Of a DNA stretch of 64,000 nucleotides, positions 48,579-61,941 are shown piece by piece. A program made the translations under genes and the position numbers. The notes under the pieces are model-generated. The model had not been told where the DNA came from. It made no database searches and worked only from the letters and a program-made list of their open reading frames with translations. Positions within the stretch are counted from its first letter, which is position 1. Every line of letters starts with the position of its first letter. The DNA is from Squalus acanthias (Eukaryota), in NCBI GenBank assembly GCA_030390025.1, contig CM059432.1, forward strand, positions 103,914,001 through 103,978,000, read 5' to 3'.

Positions 48579-50839
48579 TTGATGGCGGGGGATTCGGCGA
48601 TGGTAATACTGTTGAATGTCAAGGGGAGGTGGTTAGACTCTCGTTTGTTGGAGATAGTCATTGCCTGGCACTTCTGTGGTGCGAATGTTACTTGCCACTT
48701 ATCAGCCCAAGCCTGAACGTCGTCCAGGTCTAGTTGCATGCGGGCATGGACTGCTTCATTCTCTGAGGAGTTGTGAATGGCGCTGAACACTGTGCAGTCA
48801 TCAGCGAACATTCCCATTTCTGACCTTGTGTTGGAGGGAAGGTCATTGATGAAGCAGCTGAAGATGGTTGGGTTTAGGACACTGCCCTGAGGAACTCCTG
48901 CAGCGATGTCCTGGGGCTGTGATGATTGACCTTCAACCACCACAACCATCTTCCTTTGTGCTAGGTATGACTCCAGCCAGTGGAGAGTTTTCCCCCTGAT
49001 TCCCATTGACTTCAATTTTACTAGGGCTCCTTAATGCCACACTTGGTCAAATGCTGTCTTGATGTCAAGAGCAGTCACTCTCACCTCACCTCTGGAATTC
49101 AGCTCCTTTGTCCATGTTTGGACCAAGGCTGTAATGAGGTCGGAAGCCGAGTGGTCCTGGCGGTACCCAAACTGGGCATCAGTGAGCAGGTTTTTGATGA
49201 GTAAGTGCCGCTTGATTGCACTGTCGATGACACCTTCCATCACTTTGCTGATGAATGAGAGTAGACTGATGGGGCGGTAATTGGCCGGGTTAGATTTGTC
49301 CTGCTTTTTGTGGACAGGACATACCTGGGCAGTTTTCCACATTGTCGGATAGATGCCAGTGTTGTAGCTGTACTGGAACAGCTTGGCTAGAGGCGCGGCT
49401 AGTTCTGGAGCACAAGTCTTCAGCACGATAGCCGGGATGTTGTCGGGGCCCATAGCCTTTGCTGTATCCAGTGCGCTCAGCCGTTTCTTGATATCACGTG
49501 GAGTGAATCGAATTGGCTGAAGACTGGCTTGTGAGATGGTGGGGACCTCAGGAGTAGGCCGATATGGATCATCCACTCGTCACTTCTGGCTGAGGATGGT
49601 TGCAAATGCTTCAGCCTTGTCTTTTGCACTCACATGCTGGGCTCCACCATCATTGAGGATGGGGATATTCATGGAGCCTCCTCGTCCCGTTAGTTGTTTA
49701 ATGGTCCACCACCATTCACGACTGGATGTGGTAGGACTGCAGAGCTTTGATCTGATCCGTTGATTGTGGGATCACTTAGCCCTGTCTACAGCATGCTGCT
49801 TCTGCTTTTTAGCCTTCATGTAGTCTTGTGTTGCAGCTTCCCCAGGTTGGCACCTCATTTTTAGGTATGCCTGGTGCTGCTCCTGGTATGCTCTTCTACA
49901 CTCCTTATTGAACCAGGGTTGGTCCCGTGACTTGATGGTAATGGTAGAGTGAGGGATATGCCGGGCCATGAGGTTACAGATTGTGGTGGAATACAATTCT
50001 GCTGCTGCTGATGCCCAGTTTTGAGCTGCTAGATCTGTTCTGAATCTATCCCATTTACCACGGTGGTAGTGCCTCACAACACGATGGAGGGTGTCCTCAG
50101 TGTGAAGACGGGACTTCGTCTCCACAATGACTGTGCGGTGGTCACTGCTACCAGTACTGTCATGGACAGATGCATCTGCAACAGGTAGATTGGTGAGGAT
50201 GAGGTCAAGTAGGTTTTTCCCTTGTGTTGGTTCTCTCACCACCTGTCGCAGGCCCAGACTGGCAGTTATGTCCTTCAGGACTCGGCCAGCTCAGTCAGTA
50301 GTGGTGCTACCGAGCCACTCTTGGTGATGGACATTGAAGTCCCCCACCCAGAGTACATTCTGTGCCCTTGCTACTCTCAGTGCTTCTTCCAAGTGGTGTT
50401 CAACATGGAGGAGTACTGATTCATCAGCTGAGGGAGGGCGGTAGGTGGTAATCAGCAAGAGGTTTCCTTGCCCATGCTTGACCTGAAGCCATGAGACTTC
50501 ATGGGGTCTGGAGTCAATGTTGAGGACTCCCAGGGCCACTCCAATACCACTGTGCCGCCACCCCTGGTGGGTCTGTCCTGCCGGTGGGACAGGACATACC
50601 CAGGGATGGTGATGGAGGAGTTTGGGACATTGGCTGAAAGGTGTGATTCTGTGAGTATGACTATGTCAGGCTGTTGCTTGACTAGTCTGTGGGACAGCTC
50701 TCCCAATTTTGGCACAAGTGCCCAGATGTTGATGAGGAGGACTTTGCAGGGTCGACTGGGCTGGGTGTGCCATTGCCATGTCCATAGCCAGTGCCTCGGT
50801 CGATGCCGGGTGGTCCGTCTGGTTTCATTCTAATTATAT

Positions 50840-51183
50840 TGTTTTGTAGCGGTTAGTTACAACTGAGTGGCTTGCTAGGCTATTTCAGAGGGCAGTTAAG
50901 AGTCAACCACATTGCTGTGGGTCTGGAGTCACGTATAGGCCAGACCAGGTAAGGACGGCAGATTTTCTCCCCTAAAGGACATTAGTGAACCAGATGGGTT
51001 TTTACAACAATCCGATAGTTTCATGGTTACCATTACTGATACTAGCTTTTTATTCCAGATTTATTTAATTAACTGAATTTAAATTCCCCAGCTGCCGTGG
51101 TGGGATTTGAACTCACGTCTCTGGATCATTAGTCCAGGCCTCTGGATTACTAGTCCAGTGACATTACCACTACGCTACCATTC
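50840..51183 (-). promoter_or_regulatory. tRNA-derived Pol III-type head at the 5' end of the Zenon-like LINE
   Basis: A box TAGCGTAGTGG (51177-51167) and B box GAGTTCAAATCC (51114-51103). Confidence 0.75.
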
Positions 51184-53777
51184 CCGGAATTTCTATCAGG
51201 TATGCAGAGATTCCTGAGGAGGGTGCACTTTAAAAGTTCTAAAAGAAGGTCTGTTTCCTAATGTATACCAGAGCTTCAAAATGAACTATTTTTTTCTCGC
51301 TCTCTAACCCAGTAACCAATACAGTATTATTGTGCCAGACCTAAATTAATTTGCAAAGTTTTTCCTTAAGTGGAGCAGTTTGCTATGACTTCCTTGTTCC
51401 TTGCACCTTACAGTCTGGCCAGGATCCTTGGGTTTTGTGGCAGGAAATGTCTCAACATTTCAAAATACAGTTTACGCCACCTCAAAATATCATATTAAAA
51501 CTGACTACAAAATGGTCCCAAAGCTGAAGTAGGCTTGCTCGCTATGCCAGATCTATGCGTCACACTACTGGGTGTGCCAAGAGCTGGCAGGAAGAAAAAA
51601 ATGCAGTGTTTTGTTCAGTATGTAAGTACAGATTGAGAAACCCAAATTCATTTGGACTGGTCTCAGTACTGGCACTGGCACAGACATAGTTAAACATATG
51701 CCTGAGATAAACAACTCTCCTCGGTCTAGACAAAGTTCTGGAATCCATTACACTCTATGTTCCGAGGTTCATCCGGCCTCGTTTAAGGAAGGGTCCACAA
51801 GCTGACTGGTAGTGACCTGTCACAGATGGATCCAACTGGCCCACTACTTACTGAATTAAAAAGAAACAACACCAAATGTTGCTGCTGCTTGTGAGCAGAG
51901 CTGAAGGACCACACACCACACACAGTCACTACAAACTTTCTGGTGAATGTTTTATTGTACCCCCCTAATTGACTGAATTACTTTAGAATTAGGAAAACAA
52001 GTTCAGATTTTGTTAAATCAATCTGTAATTACTTTATGAATAGGATCTGATTGGGGGCAAAGGGCGATGGTGTTTCAATATTCCCCAGAGGATGCACCCA
52101 CGCTGGAAAAAAAGGTAGCAATGTCTTTTACTGCTGTGATTGGGTTAACAAGGCTTGGCTGATGAAAGAATGTAAGGTTTGTTCTGCTCCAGGCAGCAAT
52201 TAGGACTTTCTCATTGTGCTGCTGTGTCCTTTGGTTCAAGTTCCAGCAACAACTGACACTCATGCTCACAGACCTCTCAACCTGTGTGTGTTGAGTTTTG
52301 TCAGTTCTGAGTTAACCTGTAAGGTGGGAAGCTCTTTTATTGGGGAGGGGTATGACAGGAAGGCAAATAATTAGAATACTCCGCCTTGCAGAAAATCTGA
52401 CACTTTATTTATGGCTGGCTGTTTAATTATATTTCCTCTCAAGTTATAAAAATAATTTGCTTATATATTTCGTCACCTATTACCCCAGTTATGCTTGAGG
52501 ATGTTGTAATCTTCACAATGTGTCTTTAGTTAATTCTTAGTGTTCAATATAAAATTTATTCGCAATGAAGAAGGGTGTAAAGTGCAGTGGAATCAGCAGT
52601 TGTGGGCTAGGTTTTCTGCTTATTCATTGTCAATGGTGGAAAATACATCTTTTTTCTGAAAGTACTTAGGGACTAGGAGTGAGACACATCATGGAGAATA
52701 ATGATTTATGATGGCTGTAAAAAGATGAGGTGAAGAAAGTCAATACTATCAGGGTGTGCACTATTAGTCTCTTTGAAACAATGCAGCACAGCAATCATTT
52801 CACTTTAAACTCAATCTGTTCCAATTACTAAAATTAGATCATCTAATCAGGAACCTTATTGGTTAGACTAATTAGCATTTAAAGCAACATTGTCCTTTTT
52901 CCAATGATCACTATTATTTTCATATATATATATATTTAGAATCAACCCTTTAAGTACTGAATTCCCTTTGCAGCATTTAAAATGGACAAGTGTTTCCTAT
53001 TATAGAACATCTGGAAAAATTATTTCTCTAAAATTTTGATACCTAATAATGTAAAGAAAAATTATAGCTGAGTTGGGAACCTTAGAACTTATTCATTCCC
53101 AGCCTTCACTTGCCAGCCGAGAAATATGCCAGTCACATTTCAAGATCTTTTGAGCATTTTTCCACACAAAGGATTTATCTTGGGGTTTTTCAGCAAAGTG
53201 TATTCTCACAAGGTTAGAAACAGGCCCTTAAAGAAAGGTGGTTACTATACTAAATGAAAGTTGCTTTCCCCAGAGATTAAACAATAAGCAATTTTCTAAC
53301 TTGTCTACATAATTGAAAACCCCTTGTGCCCATTGTGTTGAATAGTCCTTTGATTCCTATCTGTCTGTGTACATATGGGAGATGAGAGTGAGACTTTTTG
53401 GATGAAACAGAAACAGAAACGCCACGAGGACCATCAACTTTATTGCAGAGAAAATTGTGAGGGCTTTCACTGATGTTAGAAATGCTGGAGGATAGTTAGA
53501 AGCCAATTTGTCTAAGTCAAGTAGGACAACCCACTGATGTGGGCTAGTGTGGCATGTTCTCTATTTTGTATTATTATGAGAAGTTGTAAGGCTTGAATTA
53601 AGGTTGTACGGTCACCTTGTGAGATAAAGAAGCTTAACAATTCATATCTGGCCTCATCTCATCAAGTGTTTGATAAGTTCGCCTTCAGAAATGTAGAAGT
53701 ATATATAAGAAAAACATGAATATCCAGTCCAGCTCACAAGGGGATGCTATTGTTATGTCCCTGGATTATGCTACAAA

Positions 53778-54718
53778 ACAAGAAGATATAGGGTCATGTA
53801 AATGGGCAAAGATACCATAAAAACAGATGTAGGGCTGTGTGAGTGGGTTATGATACCATACAAACAGATATAGGGCTGTGTGAGTGGGTTATGATACCAT
53901 ACAAACAGATGTAGGGCTGTGTGAGTGGGTTATGATACCATACAAACAGATGTAGGGCTGTGTGAGTGGGTTATGATACCATACAAGTAGATATAGAGCT
54001 GAGCTTCTGACCCCGTATCCTCTCAATCAACAAGATGGCCGACTTCCACCTCCGTAACATTGCCTATCTCTGCCCCTGCCTCAGCTCATCTGCTGCTGAA
54101 ACCCTCATCTATGTCTTTGTTACCTCTAGATTCAACTATTCCAATGCTCTCCTGGCCAGCCTCCCCCACCCTGCACCCTTTGTACACTTGAGCTCATCCA
54201 AAGCTCTGCTGTCCATATCCTAACTCTCACCAAGATCCGTTCACCCATCACCCCTGTGCTCGCTGATCTACATTGGCTCCTGATCCAGCAACACCTCAAT
54301 TTTAAAACTTTAATCCTTGTTTTCACATTCCTCCATGGCCTCATTCCTCCCTATCCCTGTAACCTCTTCCAGCCCTACAACCCTCTGAGATCGCTACGCT
54401 CCTCCAATTCTGCCCTCTTGCGAATCCCTGATTTTCTTCGCTCCATCATTAGCAGCCGTGCCCTCATCAGCCTAAGCTCAAAGCTCTGGAATTCCCTCCC
54501 TAAACCTCTCCATCTCTCCTTAAAACCTACCTCTTTGACCAAACTTTTGGTCACCTGTCCTAATATCCCCTTATGTGGCTCAGTGTCAAATTTTGTTTGA
54601 TAACACTCCTGTGAAGCACCTTGGGACTTTTTACTACATTAAAGACGCTATATAAATGCAAGTTGTTATTGTTTGAGTGGGTTATGCTACCATACAACTA
54701 GATATAGGTCTGCGTGAG
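53778..54718. repeat. Minisatellite, 41-bp unit (AAACAGATGTAGGGCTGTGTGAGTGGGTTATGATACCATAC), about 6 copies, interrupted by L2
   Basis: aaacag recurs at 53821 and 53862; one more unit follows at 54674-54718. Confidence 0.9.
53998..54673 (+). mobile_element. L2 LINE 3' fragment
   Basis: FHLRNIA.L...AETLI..FVTSR..YSNALL, LHWL...FK.LIL, and the tail gacgctatataaatgcaagttgtt. Confidence 0.9.
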
Positions 54719-54847
54719 TCAACTCCCATAACATAAGACACTCAGGCATTTACAGGGATGACTGACACAACTGAACCCTGAAAGATATCTACTGCAGAAC
54801 TGAATTTGTAACATTGGATGCAAAGTTCTTATACTTGCTGACATAAT

Positions 54848-56322
54848 GGGCTCGATTTTGCCATTGGTGGCGGGTTGGGTGCGGGTCAGGTGGTCGGCGG
54901 GTCCCGCTCCCGCCTCCGCTGTCGGGCGGGATAAAATTGCGATTTTGCCCTAACTGGGCAATTGATTCCCTGCGTGTGCGCTCCCCTGGCCCAATTAGTC
55001 TTTTGGGTCTGAAACTCGCCTCTGCTGACGTCATTTCTCCAGCTGCATTTAAGGCCTCCAAGCAGCCTTGGTTCATTTTGTGCCTCTGTTCTTCCAGAGT
55101 GACAACTGCTTAAAGTGTGTGCTACTGCTGAAATGTCGAGAGCTCAAGTGCCAAGCCCTCACCATGTTTCGATGATGACTGCCTCCATGCTCTGGTGGAG
55201 GGAGCCAGAGTTCAAAAGGATGTGCTCTTTCCTTCCTCTGGGAGGAAAAACCTCCCCAGCAAACCAAAGCTGTGTGGCTGCAACTGGCTCAGGAGGTTAG
55301 CTCCAGATCAATGTGCAGCAGAACCTGGCTGCAGTGCCGAAAGAGGTTCAATGAGCTTGTCCGCACAGGAAAAGTGAGTATACCATCACTTTTACCCTCA
55401 TTCTGCTCCCCATGTCCTCTCAGCGCCAGCACTCTGCATTGTCAACCTACTCCTACACATCCCACTTTACCCTTACATCCTTGCACACTTGACCATCCCT
55501 CTCTCTCTATGTACACAATCACTTCACTATTCGACTATGCTGCCCTCACACTCCCTATCACTGTTATGCAATGACAACAACTAACAACACACAGGGAGGG
55601 ACCTTTGTATTGGCACCTCATCCATCTTTGTTTCCTTCTAAGCATCTATGCTATGGATTCTCTACACTCACTCCATCATTATCACTCAAGCTCCACTTGT
55701 GTCCCTCATTGCAGGAAAAGAGAGCCCACAATAAGAGGGAAAGGGCGAAGACAGGAAGAGGGCCACCCTCAATAGCCCATCTCACCAGCGCTGAGGAGGC
55801 AGCCCTAGAGATCGTTGGAGCCAAGGAGGATCTGAAAGTGGGGGACGGACAGACGGGCGCATCAGAGCAAGCTGGTGACAGAATAGTTTTGCATCTCTCT
55901 CATTGACATTGCATGAGTGACTGATATGGCTTCTGATGCTCATACAGATTGACCTATGATCATCTGCACAAGTCTATGTGCATGCTATGTTAATATCACA
56001 TGTCTAACTTATGCCTTTACTCCCCCACAGGACCATCGACAGCCCCCCTCCCCACTGTCCAGGAGGAAGAGCCTGAGCTGGAAGACTCCTCACACTCCCA
56101 TGCCACTGAGTAGCCCTCGGTCAGAGCCCCACCAGAGTCCTCACCCAACTGAGATGGGCATCTCGGTCCCTGCACATACGCAGGAGGAGCAGACTGTTGC
56201 CGAGCCCTCAGAGGCTCACAAACCCAGAGGACGCCTGCCAAAGGTGTCGAAGCAAGAGCAGCATGAAAGTGAGCAAGGGGCCTCCACATCTGCTGAAGCC
56301 ACAGGGGAAGCACCAAGCGGAA
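54848..56322 (+). mobile_element. Left part of a Harbinger from the 30953 subfamily (Myb exons 55133-55373, 55715-55874, 56031-~56322)
   Basis: TIR GGGCTCGATTTTGCCA; colinear with 30953-33700; exon 3 is internally deleted. Confidence 0.9.
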
Positions 56323-57702
56323 GAGAAAGAGGAGGATGTGGAGGAAGGGAGGAGGCAGGCAGCAAATCCCCCTTGTCTGTGAACGCCTCATCAGACTCCG
56401 ATACGAGTGAATGAAACCCCAGATCCCCGTTGCTCACCACAGCCTCATCAGACCATCCCTCTGTTACAGAACGTCACAACGTCCTCCTGGACACAAAGAT
56501 GACATGAGAGCCACCACAAAACAAACATTCCAAACAAAATTAATAAATTTATAAGTATTCAATTAACATTACAATATGAACTAAACACACTTGTGCAATC
56601 TCTTTGTGCCTGTCGTTCGTGTGCCTTTTATTGCTTTAGTGCTCCTACACAGTGCTCCCCCAGTGGCTTCAGCATTGCTGGTGGAAGGCTGCTGAGTTTC
56701 CATGGGGGAGACTTCAGATGGCCTTGCAGGATGGCCTCGACCAGCTGTGGACCTAGAAAGCCTGGATGTAGACTGCCCCACCTCGGCATGGGTGGCAGCA
56801 GTCCGACTGGCTGGCTGACAGGCAGCGGCAAGGGCAATGGCGGAGTGGCAGTGATGGGAGCAGGAATGCTGTCATCCTGAGAGAGGACAGCAGGTTCTTG
56901 CTCCACAGACCCACTGCCACTCCCCCGGGGCGGTGTCTCATCATTCCTAGCAATCTGTTGGAGGACAGATTGCTGGACTGCTGTGACACCCTGCAAGCCC
57001 CTTTCGACACTCGTAAACCCAGCCACAATGGCAGCAGACTGAGCTTGGGTGGCAGCAGTCTGAGCCTGCAGGAGAGCAGTCTGTGCTTCCACTGCAGCAC
57101 TCAGACGTTGGGTCGCTTCCGCCTGTGCTACAATGGAAGCCCCAACATCGCCCATCACAAGCAGCATCATGGCTGGGTCGACAAGGTCTCTACTGGAGTT
57201 GTCCATCATTTCCAGGCTGGAAATCATGGGCTCCAAGCTCTGCGCAAAACCCCGTCCAATATTGGAGCCAGACTCCGCCATGCTCCTTGACATTGACAAG
57301 AGGCTGTCTGGCAGGCTGGCCATTGCGACCAGCATTTCTGTGTGCATGGCCATCTCCCTTCCTCTGAAGGCCGCCTCATCGAGGTCATCATCTGAGTCCT
57401 GTGCAGCAGAACTCGTGCACGATCTCGCCCTCTGGGGAGCTGGCCCCCGAGATACCCTTTCCCCCTGGCCTTGCTGTAGCCTACTTGTGCCCGGTGCCTC
57501 ACCCTGTGCAGATCCCGCATCTATACTACCCTCTAAATTCCGCGCAGTGCCCGTTTCTGAGCTGGTGTCTGCGAGTCTTCTTCTTCTTCTCCACAGCGAG
57601 AGGTACAGGCTGGCCTACTGGCAGTTCTTGGTGATCTGAAAGCAAAAAGGTACAAGAGTTGGGTTGTGGTGAGGGGAGGGGGAAAAAGCAAGATATCCAT
57701 CC

Positions 57703-60700
57703 ATGGGGATGGCATTAAACGGGAAATTAGAGATGCGTGCAATAAGGGCACAGCAGTTATCATGGGTGACTTTAATCTACATAAGATTGGGCTAACCAAA
57801 TTAGTAACAATACTGTGGAGGAGGAATTCCTAGAGTGTATACGGGATGGTTTCCTGGACCAATATGTCGAGGAACCAACTAGAGATCAGGCCATCTTAGA
57901 CTGGGTATTATGTAATGAGAAAGGATTAATTAGCAATCTTGTTGTGCGAGGCCCCTTGGGGAGGAGTGATCATAATATGATAGAATTCTTCATTAAGATG
58001 GAGAGTGAAGTAGTTGACTCAGAGACTAGGGTCCTGAATTTAAATAAAGGAAACTACGATGGTATGAGGCGTGAATTGGCTAGGATGGATTGGGGAACGT
58101 TACTTAAAGGGTTGACGGTGGATAGGCAATAGCAAACATTTAAAGATCGCATGGATGAACTACAGAATTTGTTCATCCCTGTTTGGCATAAAAATAAAAC
58201 AAAAAAGGTGACTCAACCATGGCTAACAATGGAAATTAGGGATAGCATAAGATCCAAGGAGAGAACATATAAATTGGCCAGAAAAAGCAGCAAACATGAG
58301 GATTGGGAGCAGTTTAGGATTCAGCAAAGGAGGACAAAGGGATTAATTAAGAGGGGGAAAATAGAGTATGAGAGTAAGCTTGCAGGGAACATAAAAACTG
58401 ACTGTAAAAGCTTCTATAGATATGTGAAGAGAAAAAGATTGGTGAAGTCAAGCGTAGGTCCCTTGCAGTCAGAATCAGGGGAATTTATAATGGGGAACAA
58501 AGAAATGGCTCACCAATTAAATACATACTTTGGTTCTGTCTTCACAAAGGAGGACACAAATAACCTCCCAGAGATGTGGGGGAACATAGGGTCTAATGAG
58601 AGGGAAGAACTGAATGAAATCAGTATTTGTAGGGAAATGGTGTTAGGGAAATTGACGGGATTGAAGGCCGATAAATCCCCAGGGCCTGATAATCTACATC
58701 CGAGGGTACTTAAGGAAGTGGCCCTAGAAATAGTAGATGCATTGCTGGTCATCTTCCAAAATTCTATAGACTCTGGAACAGTACCCATGGATTGGAGGGT
58801 AGCTAATGTTACCCCACTATTCAAAAGAGGTGGGAGAGAGAAAACGGGGAATTATAGACTGGTAAGCATGACATCGGTAGTGGGGAAAATGCTAGAGTCC
58901 ATTATAAAAGATGTAATAGCAGAGCACTTGGAAAACAGTGACAGGATCGGACAAAGTCAACATGGATTTACAAAAGGTAAATCATGCTTGACTAATCCAG
59001 TGGAATTTTTTGAGGATGTAACTGGTAGAATAGATAAGGGAGAACCAGTGGATGTGGTGTATTTGGACTTTCAGAAGGCTTTCGATAAGGTCCCGCATAA
59101 GAGATTGGCGTGCAAAGTTAAAGCACATGGGATTGGGGGTAAGGTACTGACTTGGATAGAGAACTGGTTGGCAGACAGGAAGCAAAGAGTTGGAATAAAC
59201 GGATCTTTTTCCGAGTGGCAGGCAGTGACTAGTGGGGTACCGCAGGGATCGGTGCTAGGACCCCAGTTGTTCACAATATATATTAATGAACTAGACGAGG
59301 GAACTAGATGTAATATCTCCAAGTTTGCAGACGACACAAAGCTGGGTGGGCGTGTGTGTTGTGAGGAGGATGCAGAGAAACTCCAGTATGATTTGGACAA
59401 GTTGGGTGATTGGGCAGATGCATGGCAGATGCAGAATAATGTGGATAAATGCGAGGTTATCCACTTTGGTGGCAAAAACAGGAAGGCAGATTATTATCTG
59501 AACGGCAATAGATTGGGAAAAGGGGAAGTGCAACGAGACCTGGGAGTCCTTGTGCACCAGTCGTTGAAGGTAAGCATGCAGGTGCAGCAGGCGGTTAAGA
59601 AGGCAAATGGTATGTTGGCCTTCATAGCGAGAGGATTCGAGTACAGGAGCAAGGATGTCTTGCTGTAGTTGTACAGGGCCTTGGTGAGACCACACCTTGA
59701 GTATTTTGTGCAGTTTTGGTCGCCTTATCTGAGGAAGGATGTTCTTGCCATGGAGGGAGTGCAGCGAAGATTCACCAGACTGATACCTGGGATGGCAGGA
59801 ATGACGTAGAAACATAGAAACATAGAAAATAGGTACAGGAGTAGACCATTCGGTCCTTCGAGCCTGCACCGCCATTCAATGCGTTCATGGCTGAACATGC
59901 TACCTCAGTACCCCATTCCTGCTTTCTCGCCATACCCCTTGATCCCCCTAGTTGTGAGTGTTATATCTAACTCCCTTTTGAATATATTTAGCGAACTGGC
60001 CTCAACAACCTTCTGTGGAAGAGAATTCCATAGATTCACCACTCTCTGGGTGAAGAAGTTCCTCCTCAGCTCAGTCTTAAATGGCTTCCCCTTAATCCTT
60101 AGACTGTGACCCCTGGTTCTAGTTTTCCCTAACATTGGGAACATTCTGCCCGCATCTAATTTGTCTAAACCAGTCAGGATTTTAAATGTCTCTATAAGAT
60201 CCCCCCTCATTCTTCTGAACTCCAGAGGATACAAGTTCAGTTGACCCAATCTTTCTTGATATGTCAGTCCGGCCATCCCAGGAATCAATCTAGTGAACCT
60301 TCGCTGCACTCCCTCAATAGCAAGAATGTCCTTCCTTAAGTTAGGAGACCAAAACTGCGCACAATACTCCAGGTGTGGCCTCACCAAGGCCCTGTACAAC
60401 TGCAGCATCACCTCCCTACTCTGACGTATGAAGAGAGATTGGGACGATTAGGCTTATATTCGCTAGAGTTTAGAAGAATGAGAGGGGATCTCATTGAAAC
60501 TTATAAAATTCTAACAGGACTAGACAGACTAGATGCAGGAAGGATGTTCCCGATGACGGGGGAGTCCAGAACCAGGGGTCACAGTCTAAGATAAGGGGTA
60601 AGCCATTTAGGACTGAGATGAGGAGGAATTTCTTCACCCAGAGAGTGGTGAACCTATGGAATTCTCTACCACAGAAGGCAGTTGAGGCCAATTCATTAAA

Positions 60701-60882
60701 TATATTCAAGAAGGAGTTAGATATATTTCTTAAGGCTAAAGGGATCAAGGGATATGGAGAGAAAGCAGGGACAGGATACTGAATTTGGATGATCAGCCAT
60801 GATCTCATTAAATTGCGGAGCAGGCTCAAGGGGCCAAATGGCCTACTCCTGTTCCTATCTTCTATGTTTCTATGTTTCTATG
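57703..60882 (+). mobile_element. 5'-truncated CR1 LINE in Myb intron 2
   Basis: ORF2 pieces at 57815-59668 with few stops; CR1 tail. Confidence 0.95.
59809..60421 (-). mobile_element. CR1 3' fragment nested antisense in CR1
   Basis: 7-bp TSD tgacgta (59802-59808 and 60422-60428); open 168-aa ORF2 C-terminus. Confidence 0.95.
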
Positions 60883-61941
60883 CATACACTATCAGCAGCT
60901 TGTAAATGAGAAGAGATTGTGGGATGGAGGCGGGAAGTGGGATCTGAGAAGAAGGATTAGGAATTACTGTAACGTTATTGTCCCCAAGGGCTTCAACTTC
61001 GCCCGTTGCCACTCCCTTGGTGACTTCCCCTCCAGTGATGTCGAGCACGCTCTCCTCCAGTTGGCGCAATGTCTCTAAAGCGGCTTGGCCACCTCCTGTT
61101 TGCCGCTCCTCCCGGCAGTTGTTAGCCACCTTGGGCTGCAAGAGAAAGAGAAGTGTGTCAGTGAATGTGGTGCAATGTGGTTGGGTGATGCACCTGCCAT
61201 AGTTGAATAGCTGGCAGTGTGTGCAAGGTGTGAGATGTGGGTGTGAGTGTTGTAGCAGTGGTAAATGTGTGAGGGTGAAGTGAAGCTATGATTGTGAGGT
61301 CTGTGTGGTGATAGGTAGAGATTGTTGTGAGGTGAGTGATGGGGGTGTGGTGCATTGAGCAGTGTGTGAGGCTTGTGGTACAGATGGTGGGATATGGCCT
61401 TTGCTGAAGTCGTCACTCACCTTGACCTGCCGTGTGAGGTCATTAAACTTCTTTCGCCATGGTATCCAGGTCCTCGGTAAGACACTGTTGGCCCTGATGT
61501 AGGCAGTTTTCTCTTGCCAGAGCCTTCTGCAAGTAGGCTTTGATGGTTTCCTGCCACTCTACGGGAACAGGACACCCCGCCTTCTCTCCACTGCCATGAT
61601 CATGGCCTCAGAGCCGCATCCGAGAACCTTCTGGCTCTTTCTCTGTGTTGCTGTTATTGTTGCTGTGCCATGGATTCAGACTGCAATGACAATGAGATGC
61701 TGCTGCATCAAAGCACCTCCCCTTTAAGTAGTGGAAAGAGACTAGGCCAAACATTACTGGCCCACTTGTTAAGTGCTAAGCCACTCAGCAGCACGTTTAG
61801 CGCTGAGATCAGCACTCCAATCATGTTAATGAGCAGGCAGCACGAATTTTGTGTGCTGCAGGCACCACTTTGAACAGGCGCTACCAAATAGCGCTGGCCC
61901 ATGTCACCACACGTTTTCAGGCCATATCCAATTTCTAGGCC

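Larger units (their letters stand above)
44781..51183 (-). mobile_element. Single-ORF CR1-Zenon-like LINE (about 3.3 kb), split by a CR1 insertion
   Basis: APE motifs (ILTESHL, YRPP, GDFNVH, SDH), RT motifs (GVPQGS, FADD) and C-terminal IYKAQV..MEY...SLHHRR. Frameshifted. The Zenon assignment rests on recalled motif similarity. Confidence 0.85.
56323..61941 (-). mobile_element. Right part of a second Harbinger subfamily: transposase C-terminus plus minus-strand Myb pseudogene (exons ~61671-61421, 61135-~60968, 57635-~56590)
   Basis: Acidic tail and ERLIRLRYE* on the plus strand; Myb exons similar to those at 14729-18548; terminus AATTTCTAGGCC. Confidence 0.85.

Noticed and set aside
52080..52120. 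Possible plus-strand micro-exon (ccccag|...aaaag|gtagc)
   Set aside because: Weak donor, short pyrimidine tract and no recognisable peptide.
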